A program made the translations under genes and the position numbers. The notes beneath the pieces were generated by a model. That model was not told the origin of the DNA. It saw only the letters and a list, made by a program, of their open reading frames with translations, and ran no database searches. This document shows positions 9,463 through 19,400 of a stretch of DNA of 61,373 nucleotides, piece by piece. Source of the DNA: Candidatus Poseidoniaceae archaeon. Its GTDB lineage: Archaea; Thermoplasmatota; Poseidoniia; Poseidoniales; Poseidoniaceae. Position 1 is the first letter of the stretch; the number at the start of each line of letters is the position of its first letter. The stretch is from positions 1 to 61,373 of the forward strand of contig JBJLAY010000040.1 in NCBI GenBank assembly GCA_045568475.1, in the 5' to 3' direction.

Positions 9463-10024
9463 TTACAGTGTACAAATCTTCCATGAAAAGATCGATTGGC
9501 CAATCATATTCACTCCACATTACACGACCCTTTAGGTCTGAATCAAGAATGTAAACCGGTTGTAAATGGAGTTCTTGGTATTCCTCTTCATCATACGGTA
9601 CTATATCGTATTCAGAATATGTGTTTCTTATTTGTTCAGAGTTCCAGTCGGTTAGATGTGGCCAATCATAACCCTTTTCGCTGGACCAATTGCGGAGTAC
9701 CTCGGGGCTGTCATGCCTCCAATCAATTGTTACAGAGATAAAAGATACCTGTTCTAATTCATCGTCGCTAAGTTGAGATTTTACTTGCTTCAAGTTCTCT
9801 GAAATTAACAAACAAACGTCATCGCACCTAGTATAAACAAACGCTAACACAACGACCTTGCCTTCATCATCTGTAAGAGAATAAGTAGACTGGTCTTGGT
9901 CACTTAGTGTGAACTTGAATACATTCATCTCATCAAGGTCTTTGCCATTAAAGACTGGATTTTCCTCTGAAAAGCAGCCTGGAATTAGCAATAACAGACA
10001 CGCGAGTAATACTCGAGCTCGCAT
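9449..10024 (-). CDS. SCO1/SenC-family protein, tandem paralogue
   Basis: The start is taken at MRARVLLACLLLLIPGC (ATG 10024) to avoid overlap with tfs. CDDVC (CxxxC) and a His in LHLQPVYILD. It aligns along its whole length with the neighbouring 204-aa paralogue. Confidence 0.7.
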   Translation of the reverse strand: MRARVLLACLLLLIPGCFSEENPVFNGKDLDEMNVFKFTLSDQDQSTYSLTDDEGKVVVLAFVYTRCDDVCLLISENLKQVKSQLSDDELEQVSFISVTIDWRHDSPEVLRNWSSEKGYDWPHLTDWNSEQIRNTYSEYDIVPYDEEEYQELHLQPVYILDSDLKGRVMWSEYDWPIDLFMEDLYTVIELG

Positions 10025-10034
10025 ATACAACCCC

Positions 10035-10412
10035 TCAGTATTCTCTCCAACCATTACCACAATCTTTGCAGGTTAGCATACGTGTTTCAGGTTCATCAGA
10101 TGAACGAGTTTGCTCTAAGTAAGAATAGACTTCAACGCAGTCACACTTTGGGCACATGTAATCTCCAACTGTTAGAACACCTTTCATCTCATCTGAATCC
10201 TTGATTACTTCATAGGTTCGAGTCTCAGCCTTGGTCGAAGAACTAGCTTTAGAAAGATCGACTTCCTTTCCATCGACTCCTTTGACCTTCACATTTGCAG
10301 GGCCTTGATAGCCGCATTTGTAATTTGTACAATTGATGTCACCAGAGGGAGTAGGGAATGCCAAAGTACCGCATTCAGGGCAGAACATAGGAACAGGTGA
10401 AGGATTATACAT
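10035..10412 (-). CDS. tfs: Transcription factor S (TFIIS/RpoM-like transcript cleavage factor)
   Basis: N-terminal zinc ribbon CPECG...C..YKC. C-terminal ribbon CPKCDC...QTRSSDEPETRMLTCKDCG, carrying the acidic-loop motif of TFIIS domain III. Confidence 0.85.
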   Translation of the reverse strand: MYNPSPVPMFCPECGTLAFPTPSGDINCTNYKCGYQGPANVKVKGVDGKEVDLSKASSSTKAETRTYEVIKDSDEMKGVLTVGDYMCPKCDCVEVYSYLEQTRSSDEPETRMLTCKDCGNGWREY

Positions 10413-10474
10413 ATCAACATTTGTGATGAACCGTCAGCAATTCATTCATCAAGGGGGGACTTCTGGACTACCAT

Positions 10475-11482
10475 ATGTGGCTGTGGTATGACTGGAGATC
10501 TGCAGCAGTTTCGGACTCCAATGGGAATATCCTAGATGTTGAGACATGGGACGGTTGGAAGGATACTGATGCTGTCTGTTCACGGCTTGATATGATCGCT
10601 CATGAAGCATTAACTCCAGAAGCGGAAAGATTGTCCGAAAGATTTCCTGACGCAAAGATTCTACTTCACGGTGACGAAGAACTTCCAGATGCTGATTGGC
10701 CAATCCCGTCACAGGAGGCTTTGGAATGCCTAGACCGTGCTGCGATTTTACTTTCTAAGCGCGGAGTGGATGCTGCTGCTGGTGACCCAGACCGTCGCCT
10801 AGAACATATTCTGAAAGCATCCGATGAGTTACGTGCATCTTTCGTTACAATTGAAGGAAGACTAGTCGAATGGGTGGGCCTTTTCCTTCCTGAAGCAAGA
10901 TTCGAGAGAGATAGAAGTGGATTAGCAAGAAAAGTAATTGATTCTTCAAGCTTAGAAGATTTAGCAGTTACACTCGACATTGGAATGCCACCAGTAGGGC
11001 CAACTGATGCAGAATGGGCCAGTCTTCATGACTGGGCTACTAGCGTCTGGGAAATCAAAAACCGTCTAGAAAAGATGGAGGATGTAGTAAGAGAACTTGC
11101 TTCACAGCACCTGCCTTCACTATCCGCACTCCTTGGTCCAATCTTGGCTGCAAGACTCTGTGTTGAAGCGCATGGTCGTGCTCGCCTAGCAAGACTTCCT
11201 GCGGGAACTATGCAAATTCTAGGTGCTGAAAAAGCGTTTTTCAATCACCTGAAAACTGGAGCACCATCGCCTAAACATGGACACATTTTCATGCACCCAT
11301 GGATATCACGTTCACCACGTTGGGTAAGAGGTAAAATCGCTAGAACTGTTGCAGCTAAAGCGACGATTGCAGTACGATGTGACGCTTACGGTGGTAAATT
11401 ATGGAGCCAAGAATCACTAGATGCAGTAGCAGATAGAGTGGAAACTATTCGCAGCGAAAACTCAACTCCTCCTCAAAGGTGA
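10475..11482 (+). CDS. nop5: Nop5 (Nop56/58) C/D box sRNP core protein
   Basis: Nop-domain signature GAEKAFFNHLKTGAPSPKHGHIFMHPWI. It overlaps the fibrillarin start by 4 nt, the classic archaeal nop5-flpA operon arrangement. Confidence 0.85.
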   Translation: MWLWYDWRSAAVSDSNGNILDVETWDGWKDTDAVCSRLDMIAHEALTPEAERLSERFPDAKILLHGDEELPDADWPIPSQEALECLDRAAILLSKRGVDAAAGDPDRRLEHILKASDELRASFVTIEGRLVEWVGLFLPEARFERDRSGLARKVIDSSSLEDLAVTLDIGMPPVGPTDAEWASLHDWATSVWEIKNRLEKMEDVVRELASQHLPSLSALLGPILAARLCVEAHGRARLARLPAGTMQILGAEKAFFNHLKTGAPSPKHGHIFMHPWISRSPRWVRGKIARTVAAKATIAVRCDAYGGKLWSQESLDAVADRVETIRSENSTPPQR

Positions 11483-12183
11483 TTATGATGGGCAAAAAGC
11501 GTCGCCTATCATGGGCCGTCATGATTGATGGCAGATCCATTTGGACACGTAATGCTGTACTCAAACACTCACAATACGGAGAGTCACTTCGCAGATTCAA
11601 GGGTACTGAATACCGAAGGTGGGACCCTACAAGATCAAAGTTAGGGGCTGCATTATCCAGAGCGAGACGAACACAATACGATTTACTACCAGAGGAAGGT
11701 GACACCTGCCTATACCTAGGAGCAGGTCATGGAACCTCTCTTTCTCATCTCCATGACCAAGTTTGTGGGGCTGACAATCAAAAGGGTGGGAGGATTATCG
11801 CTGTCGATCTATCTCCTCGCTGTTTGAGAGATTTGGTGCACTTGTCCAAAATACGACCAGGGTTGGTACCGGTACTAGGTGATGCAAGGAAGCATTCCGC
11901 TTGGGGAGTTATGGTTGCAACTAAGGTCGATTGGTTGTTACAGGATGTTAGTCAAGCCGGACAAGCAGAGATATTCATCAATTCAGTGAATAGATTCTTG
12001 AAACCTGGTGGCAAGGGCTTACTATCCCTGAAGGCAGCATCTGAAAGATTTACAGATACCGATGAAAGAGAAGTATTCAATCAAATCAGAGAACAGTTAG
12101 AAGATGCAGGATTAACCGTTCAAGAACAAATTGACCTACACGGTCTAGAAGACAATCATTGTCTGTACTATGTTACCAATTAA
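11479..12183 (+). CDS. flpA: Fibrillarin-like rRNA/tRNA 2'-O-methyltransferase
   Basis: EYRRWDPTRSKLGAAL and the SAM-binding YLGAGHGTSLSHLHD. 234 aa, directly coupled to nop5. Confidence 0.9.
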   Translation: MIMMGKKRRLSWAVMIDGRSIWTRNAVLKHSQYGESLRRFKGTEYRRWDPTRSKLGAALSRARRTQYDLLPEEGDTCLYLGAGHGTSLSHLHDQVCGADNQKGGRIIAVDLSPRCLRDLVHLSKIRPGLVPVLGDARKHSAWGVMVATKVDWLLQDVSQAGQAEIFINSVNRFLKPGGKGLLSLKAASERFTDTDEREVFNQIREQLEDAGLTVQEQIDLHGLEDNHCLYYVTN

Positions 12184-12188
12184 GGTAA

Positions 12189-12944
12189 TCACATATCTTC
12201 GACTCTAGGTGCAAGGAAGTACTCTACGTGCCCTGCTCCATCTTCAAAGTCGAAGGTTAATTTTAGTGGGAAATTCTCACCGAATCTTAGGTTGACATTT
12301 TCAATTCCTTGGAATACCTTAGCCATTGGAGTCAGGTATGTCAGAGAATATTGTGAACGTGCTGCTTCTTTGCAATCTATTGCTAACAATTCATCCTTGG
12401 AGAATTCAACATTTACTTCATCAGTTGATCCTTTTACGTTAACAGCAAAACTGGAATCTGTTAGAGAGAAGTGTACCAAGTCTCCTGCCATTTTTGCAGC
12501 TCTAAGGGCCTGAGCAAGTTCAGAACCTGCAATAGTTACTCCACAAGGAAGTTCCAAGGATGGAACGTTTGGAGGATTAAGAGTAGTATTGTCAAGAGGC
12601 CTCACATTCAAATCGATTCGGCCGATTTTGATAGTAGCTTGTCCTGATTTATCGTTGTATGCAAGTTCGACCATGTCGCCAGCACCAGCAATACCTACAA
12701 TCTCTTTCAATTTCCTCATTTCAAGGCCTAACTTTGTCTCATCAACTTCCCAACCATCGAAGGCCGCACTATCGACCTCCATCTTGATCATGGCTACGTG
12801 TGAAGGATCAACAACCCTTACAGATAATCCATCTTCTCCGAAGTCTAGTCTTGCCTCCTCAACGACGACCCCAAGTGTATCTACTATGGTTCGCATGAGT
12901 TCTTGACGGGCTGTGACGTTCAACATGAGAGCACCCCTATACAT
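12189..12944 (-). CDS. pcn: DNA polymerase sliding clamp (PCNA)
   Basis: About 245-251 aa with a two-domain pattern typical of archaeal PCNA (...VDEARLDF..DGLSVRVVDPSHVAMIKMEV... and a matching second half). The start may be the internal Met at 12926. Confidence 0.8.
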   Translation of the reverse strand: MYRGALMLNVTARQELMRTIVDTLGVVVEEARLDFGEDGLSVRVVDPSHVAMIKMEVDSAAFDGWEVDETKLGLEMRKLKEIVGIAGAGDMVELAYNDKSGQATIKIGRIDLNVRPLDNTTLNPPNVPSLELPCGVTIAGSELAQALRAAKMAGDLVHFSLTDSSFAVNVKGSTDEVNVEFSKDELLAIDCKEAARSQYSLTYLTPMAKVFQGIENVNLRFGENFPLKLTFDFEDGAGHVEYFLAPRVEDM

Positions 12945-13031
12945 TGTTTGCTTCTTTGGAGGCTTATGAACCTTCTAATTGAGAAGGGGCATAAAACGCG
13001 CGCCTTTAGGGTTGATTACGAATTCCGCATA

Positions 13032-14201
13032 ATGTTGAGATGGTTTCATCAAGGGGTGTTAGATGGCAGGGATATGGCAGATGTAACACCGCTGCTCAAG
13101 GAAGACGGCACGCCCTTCAAAGTGGCAGTATTGATTCCAACAATCAACAATGCTGATGAACTGGATATTGTACTAGGAAGATTGGCTAAACAAACTTACA
13201 CTGACTTTGAAATTGTCATATCTGATTCAAAGTCTAAAGACCACACCAAGGAAGTTTGTGACAAGTACGGAGTCACATGGATTGATGATCCATCTCGCAA
13301 TCGAGCAAATGCTTGCAATTATGCATTGGAAAGAATGGACCACGACCTTGTTCTATTCACCGACGACGACACCATTCCTCCATTGGACTGGGTTGAAAAG
13401 TTAGTTCGTTGGTTCGATGACCCAGAGGTAGGAGCAGTCGGCGGGCCTAATTTCGCACCTGATGAAGACCCATTCGGTGCAAAATGTGCAGATGTTGCAT
13501 TCTGTACAAAGTTCATGACAGCAGGAACAAGATACGGCGCACAGCCAAAAGGCAAATTGGTTCCAATTACCCATAATCCTGGAGTTAATTGTGCTCACAG
13601 AATGGCAAATCTGAGAGAAGTAGGGTTCTTTGAAGATGGATGCATTGGTGCTGAAGATGTTGTTCTCGATGCTAAAATCCAACGTGCAGGGCACAAGTTA
13701 TTCATCGACCCAGAGAATGTAATGCCTCACCGAAGAAGGCGCCCGTTCAGACCTTACATGAAGCAGATGCGAAATTACGGTTACACTCGAATGGTTGCTA
13801 ACAAGAGGTGGCCAGAAATTTCAGAGTGGTCACACACCGCTATCGGCTTCTTCCCGTGGATTGTAGTCGCTGCTGCAATCAGCGTAATCTTTGGAGCAGC
13901 TACCGGGGGAGCCGCGGCTGATTTGTGGTTCACACTCAGCGGCGACTGGGACATTTCCCGCATCGCATTCCACATACCACTAGGACTCGCAGGAATTTAC
14001 ATCGCCATATCGTGGCTAGGTGCAGCAATCGGAACAAGCCCTCACCGGAACATAGGGACTGTTTTCTTCGCACCTCTATTCGTATTCTTGGCGCATTGGG
14101 CATATGGAGCCGGTGTAAACAAAGCCTGGAGAGAGATTCGAAAGACCGGCGGTAGTGCTGGTGTAGGCGAACAGATTGACGATAGGATCAGAACTGCTTG
14201 A
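13032..14201 (+). CDS. Family 2 glycosyltransferase with a C-terminal multi-TM domain
   Basis: VAVLIPTINNADELDIVLGRLAKQTYTDFEIVISDS...FTDDD (GT-A fold, DxD), then 4-5 hydrophobic helices. The start is set at ATG 13032 (alternative 13074), because the track start at 12903 overlaps pcn. Confidence 0.75.
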   Translation: MLRWFHQGVLDGRDMADVTPLLKEDGTPFKVAVLIPTINNADELDIVLGRLAKQTYTDFEIVISDSKSKDHTKEVCDKYGVTWIDDPSRNRANACNYALERMDHDLVLFTDDDTIPPLDWVEKLVRWFDDPEVGAVGGPNFAPDEDPFGAKCADVAFCTKFMTAGTRYGAQPKGKLVPITHNPGVNCAHRMANLREVGFFEDGCIGAEDVVLDAKIQRAGHKLFIDPENVMPHRRRRPFRPYMKQMRNYGYTRMVANKRWPEISEWSHTAIGFFPWIVVAAAISVIFGAATGGAAADLWFTLSGDWDISRIAFHIPLGLAGIYIAISWLGAAIGTSPHRNIGTVFFAPLFVFLAHWAYGAGVNKAWREIRKTGGSAGVGEQIDDRIRTA

Positions 14202-14235
14202 CTAAACTTAAGCAGTACCCCGCTAAGCCGCCCTT

Positions 14236-14541
14236 ATGGCGCAGACTTTTCGAGAGAGAGCAGATGCGCCGGATGGCACTACTGACGAAAGAGAAATCTG
14301 GATGATGATACGAAGTTGGATTACTTTGATCAGAGTTGTTTTGGTAATTGCAATAATAATCGTAGCAGAGATTTTCGAAGAACATAGTCTGTTCAACTTA
14401 TCGCTTTCAGTATGGGCCATAGTAGTAGGATTCCCACTATTTCTTCTTCTCTCAGTCGTCATAATTCAGGGTGACAAAAGATTTGCACCCGACCTTGAAG
14501 AAAAGCGTCGTAAAAAAATCGAAAAATCTAGCAGGCTTTAA
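14236..14541 (+). CDS. Small hypothetical membrane protein (2 TM)
   Basis: 101-aa ORF with two clear hydrophobic helices and a basic C-terminus. No recognisable family. Confidence 0.35.
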   Translation: MAQTFRERADAPDGTTDEREIWMMIRSWITLIRVVLVIAIIIVAEIFEEHSLFNLSLSVWAIVVGFPLFLLLSVVIIQGDKRFAPDLEEKRRKKIEKSSRL

Positions 14542-14546
14542 TCGCC

Positions 14547-16412
14547 TCATAGTTCACCGGTCTGGATTTGCCATTGGCTTGCATAGACTCCATTATTTGC
14601 AACTAATGATTCGTGACTTCCTCTTTCTACGATTGCTCCATCAACCATAGAAATAATCTCTTCAGCGTTACGGATTGTCGATAATCTGTGAGCAACCGCA
14701 ATTGTAGTCCTATCACTGCCGCTTGCCAATAGGTTCTCTTGGATTCTCTTCTCAGTCTCCGCATCCAGAGCACTAGATGCCTCGTCCAATACCAATAAAC
14801 TAGGGTTCTTTAGCAATGCTCGAGCTAGTGAAACTCTTGCTCTTTGACCACCTGATAATTTAGTACCTCTATCTCCGACCATAGTATCTAATCCGTCTTC
14901 GAAATCATTGACGAATTCAGCAGCACCTGCTAATTCCAAGGCCTTCATGATTTCCGCATCATCTGCTTTACGATTGTACGATACATTTTGCTTCAGAGTG
15001 CCAAAGAATAGGAATGGTTCTTGGCTAACAAAGCCCATAGCAGCCCTTACAGAGTCCAGAGTTAGATCTTGAACATCTGTACCATTAACTAGAACTCTAC
15101 CCTCTTGTGGCTCATAGTATCGCATTAACAACTTGAGAATTGTAGTCTTTCCAGCACCGGTGTGGCCCATAACTCCGAGGAATTGCCCTGCCTGAACCTT
15201 GAATGAAATTCCTGCAAGAACCTTGGTTGAAGTTCCAGGATAAGTGAAGTGCACATTATCGAACTCTACTGAATTTATTGCCCCTTCCAATTCTTTAGCA
15301 TCTGGTTTGTCAGTAATTGTTGGCTCTAAGTCAACTAAAGCGAATACTCTGCGAGCACTTGCTTCTCCTTTCTGTAGTTGGTTAACCAGCATTCCAAAGA
15401 TGAACATTGGCATGGTCATTCTTGTAGATATTAACAAGAAAGTTACCAATTGTCCAGTTGATATATCTCCAGACTTGGTTAGATATCCACCTACTGTGAC
15501 CAACAAACCGAATGCGATTCCTGCAATTGCGTATAGTCCTGGAAGGAAACGGTTTCTATCCCTGCTAGCACCTATTGCTTGCTCACGATATGCTGTCGAT
15601 TCTTGGTCGACTCTGTTAGCCTCCCATTCCTGAGCATTGTATGCTTGAACAACAGATATCCCTGAAATGACGTTCTCCAGAACAGCAGTGATGTCACCTG
15701 TGGACTCTCTTTGCTGACGGTACTTTCTTTGAACACGTGTAGAAAATAAGTACACAAGTGGAATGATTAGTACAAGCGGTGCAAACAATACTGCTGTCAA
15801 TTTCCAACTCATTAGTGTCAGAATCAAGAAAGCGGTTCCAAAAGTCACTACAATACGAATAATGGATGTGGATGCATCACTAATCACGTCTTCTAACTGA
15901 TTGACATCAGCCGATAATACACTCATTAGTTGCCCTGTTTGTCGCAAGTCATAGTATGAGGCTTCCATGTCTATTAGAGAACGAGTTGCATCTAACCGTA
16001 AGTCGTGTTGCACTTTGTAGCCAAGGGTTTGCCAACAGTATTCACTGATGCCTTGAAAAACCGCCAAACTCGCAAATCCAAGGAAAATTAGAACACCATA
16101 TCCAACTGCTAAGTTGTCGGTTAATAATGGGAAAATAGATTCGTCTAAAAAGTCCCTCATAGAACCAAAGAAACCATCTGTGTTGTTACCTGAGTAGTAG
16201 TCGACTGCAAACCCGATAAAAACGAATGGCAACAGATCTGCGAACCTAGCCATTCCATTTGCTAGAACGCCCATTAAAGCCCTCTTTTTGTAATTCAGGC
16301 CATATGGAATTACACGCCAAATTTGTTTGCCGAGAACATCGGTCTTATTCTCATTAAGCTCTTCTGGCGGAAGATGCTGATATTGAGTAGACCTAGTGTG
16401 TCCCGCTCCCAT
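14547..16412 (-). CDS. ABC exporter, fused permease-ATPase (ABCB/MsbA-like half transporter)
   Basis: N-terminal 6-TM domain. GHTGAGKTT (Walker A), LSGGQRARVSLARA (signature), LLVLDEASSALD (Walker B). The start is taken at ATG 16412. Confidence 0.85.
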   Translation of the reverse strand: MGAGHTRSTQYQHLPPEELNENKTDVLGKQIWRVIPYGLNYKKRALMGVLANGMARFADLLPFVFIGFAVDYYSGNNTDGFFGSMRDFLDESIFPLLTDNLAVGYGVLIFLGFASLAVFQGISEYCWQTLGYKVQHDLRLDATRSLIDMEASYYDLRQTGQLMSVLSADVNQLEDVISDASTSIIRIVVTFGTAFLILTLMSWKLTAVLFAPLVLIIPLVYLFSTRVQRKYRQQRESTGDITAVLENVISGISVVQAYNAQEWEANRVDQESTAYREQAIGASRDRNRFLPGLYAIAGIAFGLLVTVGGYLTKSGDISTGQLVTFLLISTRMTMPMFIFGMLVNQLQKGEASARRVFALVDLEPTITDKPDAKELEGAINSVEFDNVHFTYPGTSTKVLAGISFKVQAGQFLGVMGHTGAGKTTILKLLMRYYEPQEGRVLVNGTDVQDLTLDSVRAAMGFVSQEPFLFFGTLKQNVSYNRKADDAEIMKALELAGAAEFVNDFEDGLDTMVGDRGTKLSGGQRARVSLARALLKNPSLLVLDEASSALDAETEKRIQENLLASGSDRTTIAVAHRLSTIRNAEEIISMVDGAIVERGSHESLVANNGVYASQWQIQTGEL

Positions 16413-16479
16413 ATATTCTCGCTCCCGCAGCCGGATTATGAACCTGCGTGAGATGGGAACATTCATTCCCTACCCGTTT

Positions 16480-19400
16480 ATGACAAGTAACATGCGAGCA
16501 GTTGCAATAGTCGGACTTCTGATTCTATCCTCTTTTGGGTCTGTAGCTGCTTGGCAGCCAGCGATTGTAGAAGAAGGGGATTTTATTGGTCTGCGTAATG
16601 GCGATGTCAAATCAATTCCAATCGGTGAAATGCAAGAGAAATCATATCACGGCTTTTGGATGTTAACACATGAATATCCAGTTCCTAGTGAATGGATTCA
16701 CGAACTCGCTGATGCTGGAGTAGAATGCTGGTCATTCTTGCCAGTCTCATCCTTCCATTGTGAGCTAAATGGACATACTGCTTCTGAATTAGAGCGATTA
16801 GAAGTGGAAGGAATGGCAGAGATGCCTCCATCTGCAAAAATACATCCCAAAGTAATGCCTGCTATGGAGGGGGAAATCAAGCAATACATGATTTCAGAGG
16901 GAATGGGATTCTTACAAATTACTTTGTCCGGAAATGAATTACCAGAAGGAATTGAAGACCGTGGAGACGTGACTTTAATCGACCATTCATGGAGATGGGC
17001 AAATGTTGCAGTCAGCCCATCTGGAGTAAAGTGGCTCTCAGAGCAGTCCAAGGTTGAATGGATAGAACCTAATTTTGAATTCACTATGGATAATGATGTT
17101 GCTGACGGTATAATCTCAGCCGATGTATTACAATCCGCTAGCCAAATGGCAGGCATAGATTCGTCTTGGTCGGCCCTTGATGGAACTGGAGTTGTTGTTG
17201 CTGTTGCAGATAGCGGACTAGACAATGGAGTCAATAATTCCGGCATGCACCCTGATTTCAGGGACCATATTTTGGATATCAAAGCGTTCCCTGTTGCCCC
17301 TGGCCTACAGTCTCTCGTCAATCCTCCATACAATGATGGTGCGAGTGATGTTTCTGGTCATGGAACTCACGTTGCTGGTTCAGTGCTGGGAGATGGAACC
17401 GAATCTAATGGAGTAATCAAAGGGATTGCTCCTGAGGCTCAACTATACATGCAGGCTGTAGAAGTTTATGCTGATTATACAACATTTGCAGAAAACAATT
17501 ACTGGTGGGCAGTAGATGGATATGGATTGCGAGGAATTCCTAGCGACGTGAACCAACTATTCGATGAGGCTGCTGCTAACGGATCAAATATTCACACTAA
17601 TTCATGGGGGTCAGATGCTGATGGGGAGTATACCTCCACCTCTATGCAGACAGACAATGCGTCTATGAACCATCCAGGAATGCTAATTCTAACCTCTGCG
17701 GGAAATAATGGACATGATGGAAATGGGGATGGAGAGGTTGACCTCGACACTATGGGTTCACCTGCAACTGCAAAGAATGTATTCACCATAGGTGCTTCAG
17801 AAAATTATCGTCCTACAATATCATACGGTCACTTTGGAACTGGAGTCGATGATTGGGGGGAAATATGGCCTGCGAATTATTCAACAGCCCCAGTAGGTAC
17901 TGACCATGCTGCAAATAATTCCGAAGGTATGACTGCATTCTCGAGTAGAGGTCCTGCTGACGATACCCGAATTAAACCAGATATCGCAGCTCCTGGTTCC
18001 TTCATCCTATCGACTCTAAGTCGTTCATCTTCTACAACTGGCTGGGGAACTTACAATTCCAGTTACGTATACATGGGTGGAACATCGATGGCCTGCCCAA
18101 TAACTGCTGGCGCTGCAGCACTGCTTTACCAGCACATGTATGACAATCTTGGCCATACAGACCCGAGTAGCGCTCTGATAAAGGGAATTATGTCTGCCAC
18201 CGCTCATGATATGACTGGGCAATATGGATCAGCCACAAATGGTGCTGGAGAAACCGCTCCAAACAATCACGAAGGACATGGATTACTTGATTTGGACAGA
18301 GCAGTGAATAGTACGTTTGTCGATAATGAATCCGTAGGCACTGGTGATAGTCTAGGATTCAGATTTGTAGTTCCAAATTCTGCACCGGATATGCATGTTA
18401 TGTTATCATGGACTGATTATCCAAGCACAACTGTTGCTAGTACCAATTTAGTCAACGATCTAGACTTTGCTTTGAAAGACCCAAGCGGTAACTGGGTTGA
18501 GTATGGAAACAACATTGACAACTTGTATGGCGCTAAGATTTCATCTCCTGCCCAAGGAACTTGGGAGGTCCACATCAATGGAAGCAATGTGCCCCAAGGC
18601 CCTCAGAAATTTGCGTTAGTAATAGATGCAAATTACATTCTAACTAACCTATCAAGTGACCAAGATGGTGACGGATTCCAAGATGATAACGATGACTGCC
18701 CTACTGTCTCAGGTAGTTCAACCAATGATTTGTCTGGATGCCCGGACAGTGATGGTGACGGATGGTCAAACACTGGCGATGACTTCCCTAACGAAGTCAC
18801 ACAGTGGGTAGATTCCGACTCAGATGGATATGGAGACAATCCATCTGGTAGTTCTCCTGACAGTTGTGTATCTCTATCAGGAACCTCAAGTTCAGACAGA
18901 TTCGGTTGCGTAGATACTGATTCTGACACTTGGTCGAATCCTGATGGATTGTGGACTATTGCACAAGGCGCAGATTCGTGCGCTAGTACGTGGGGTAATT
19001 CCACAGTTGACAGAAATGGTTGTCTTGACAATGATGGGGACGGTCAATCAAACCTGAATGATGTCCTTGAAAATGACTCTTCACAGTGGCTAGACACTGA
19101 CGGTGACGCGTTCTACGACAATCCAAACCCTGCAACTAACTGGGATGATTGCCCTACTGTTTGGGGTAATTCAACTATCGATTTACAAGGTTGCTTAGAT
19201 TCTGATGGAGATGGTGTATCGAACATTGGAGACCCTTGGCCAAACGATCCTACAAGATCGGTTGATACTGATGGCGATGGCTTTTCAGATAACGAAGATG
19301 ATTGTCCTAACTTTGCTGGAAATTCCACTTGGATTCTGCAAGGGTGCCTTGATGCTGATGGCGATGGACGAACTGTAGAGTACGATTTATTCCCTGCAGA

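Noticed and set aside
10449-10712. An 87-aa minus-strand ORF overlapping the nop5 5' region.
   Set aside because: It lies inside or antisense to the well-supported nop5 gene and has no motif.
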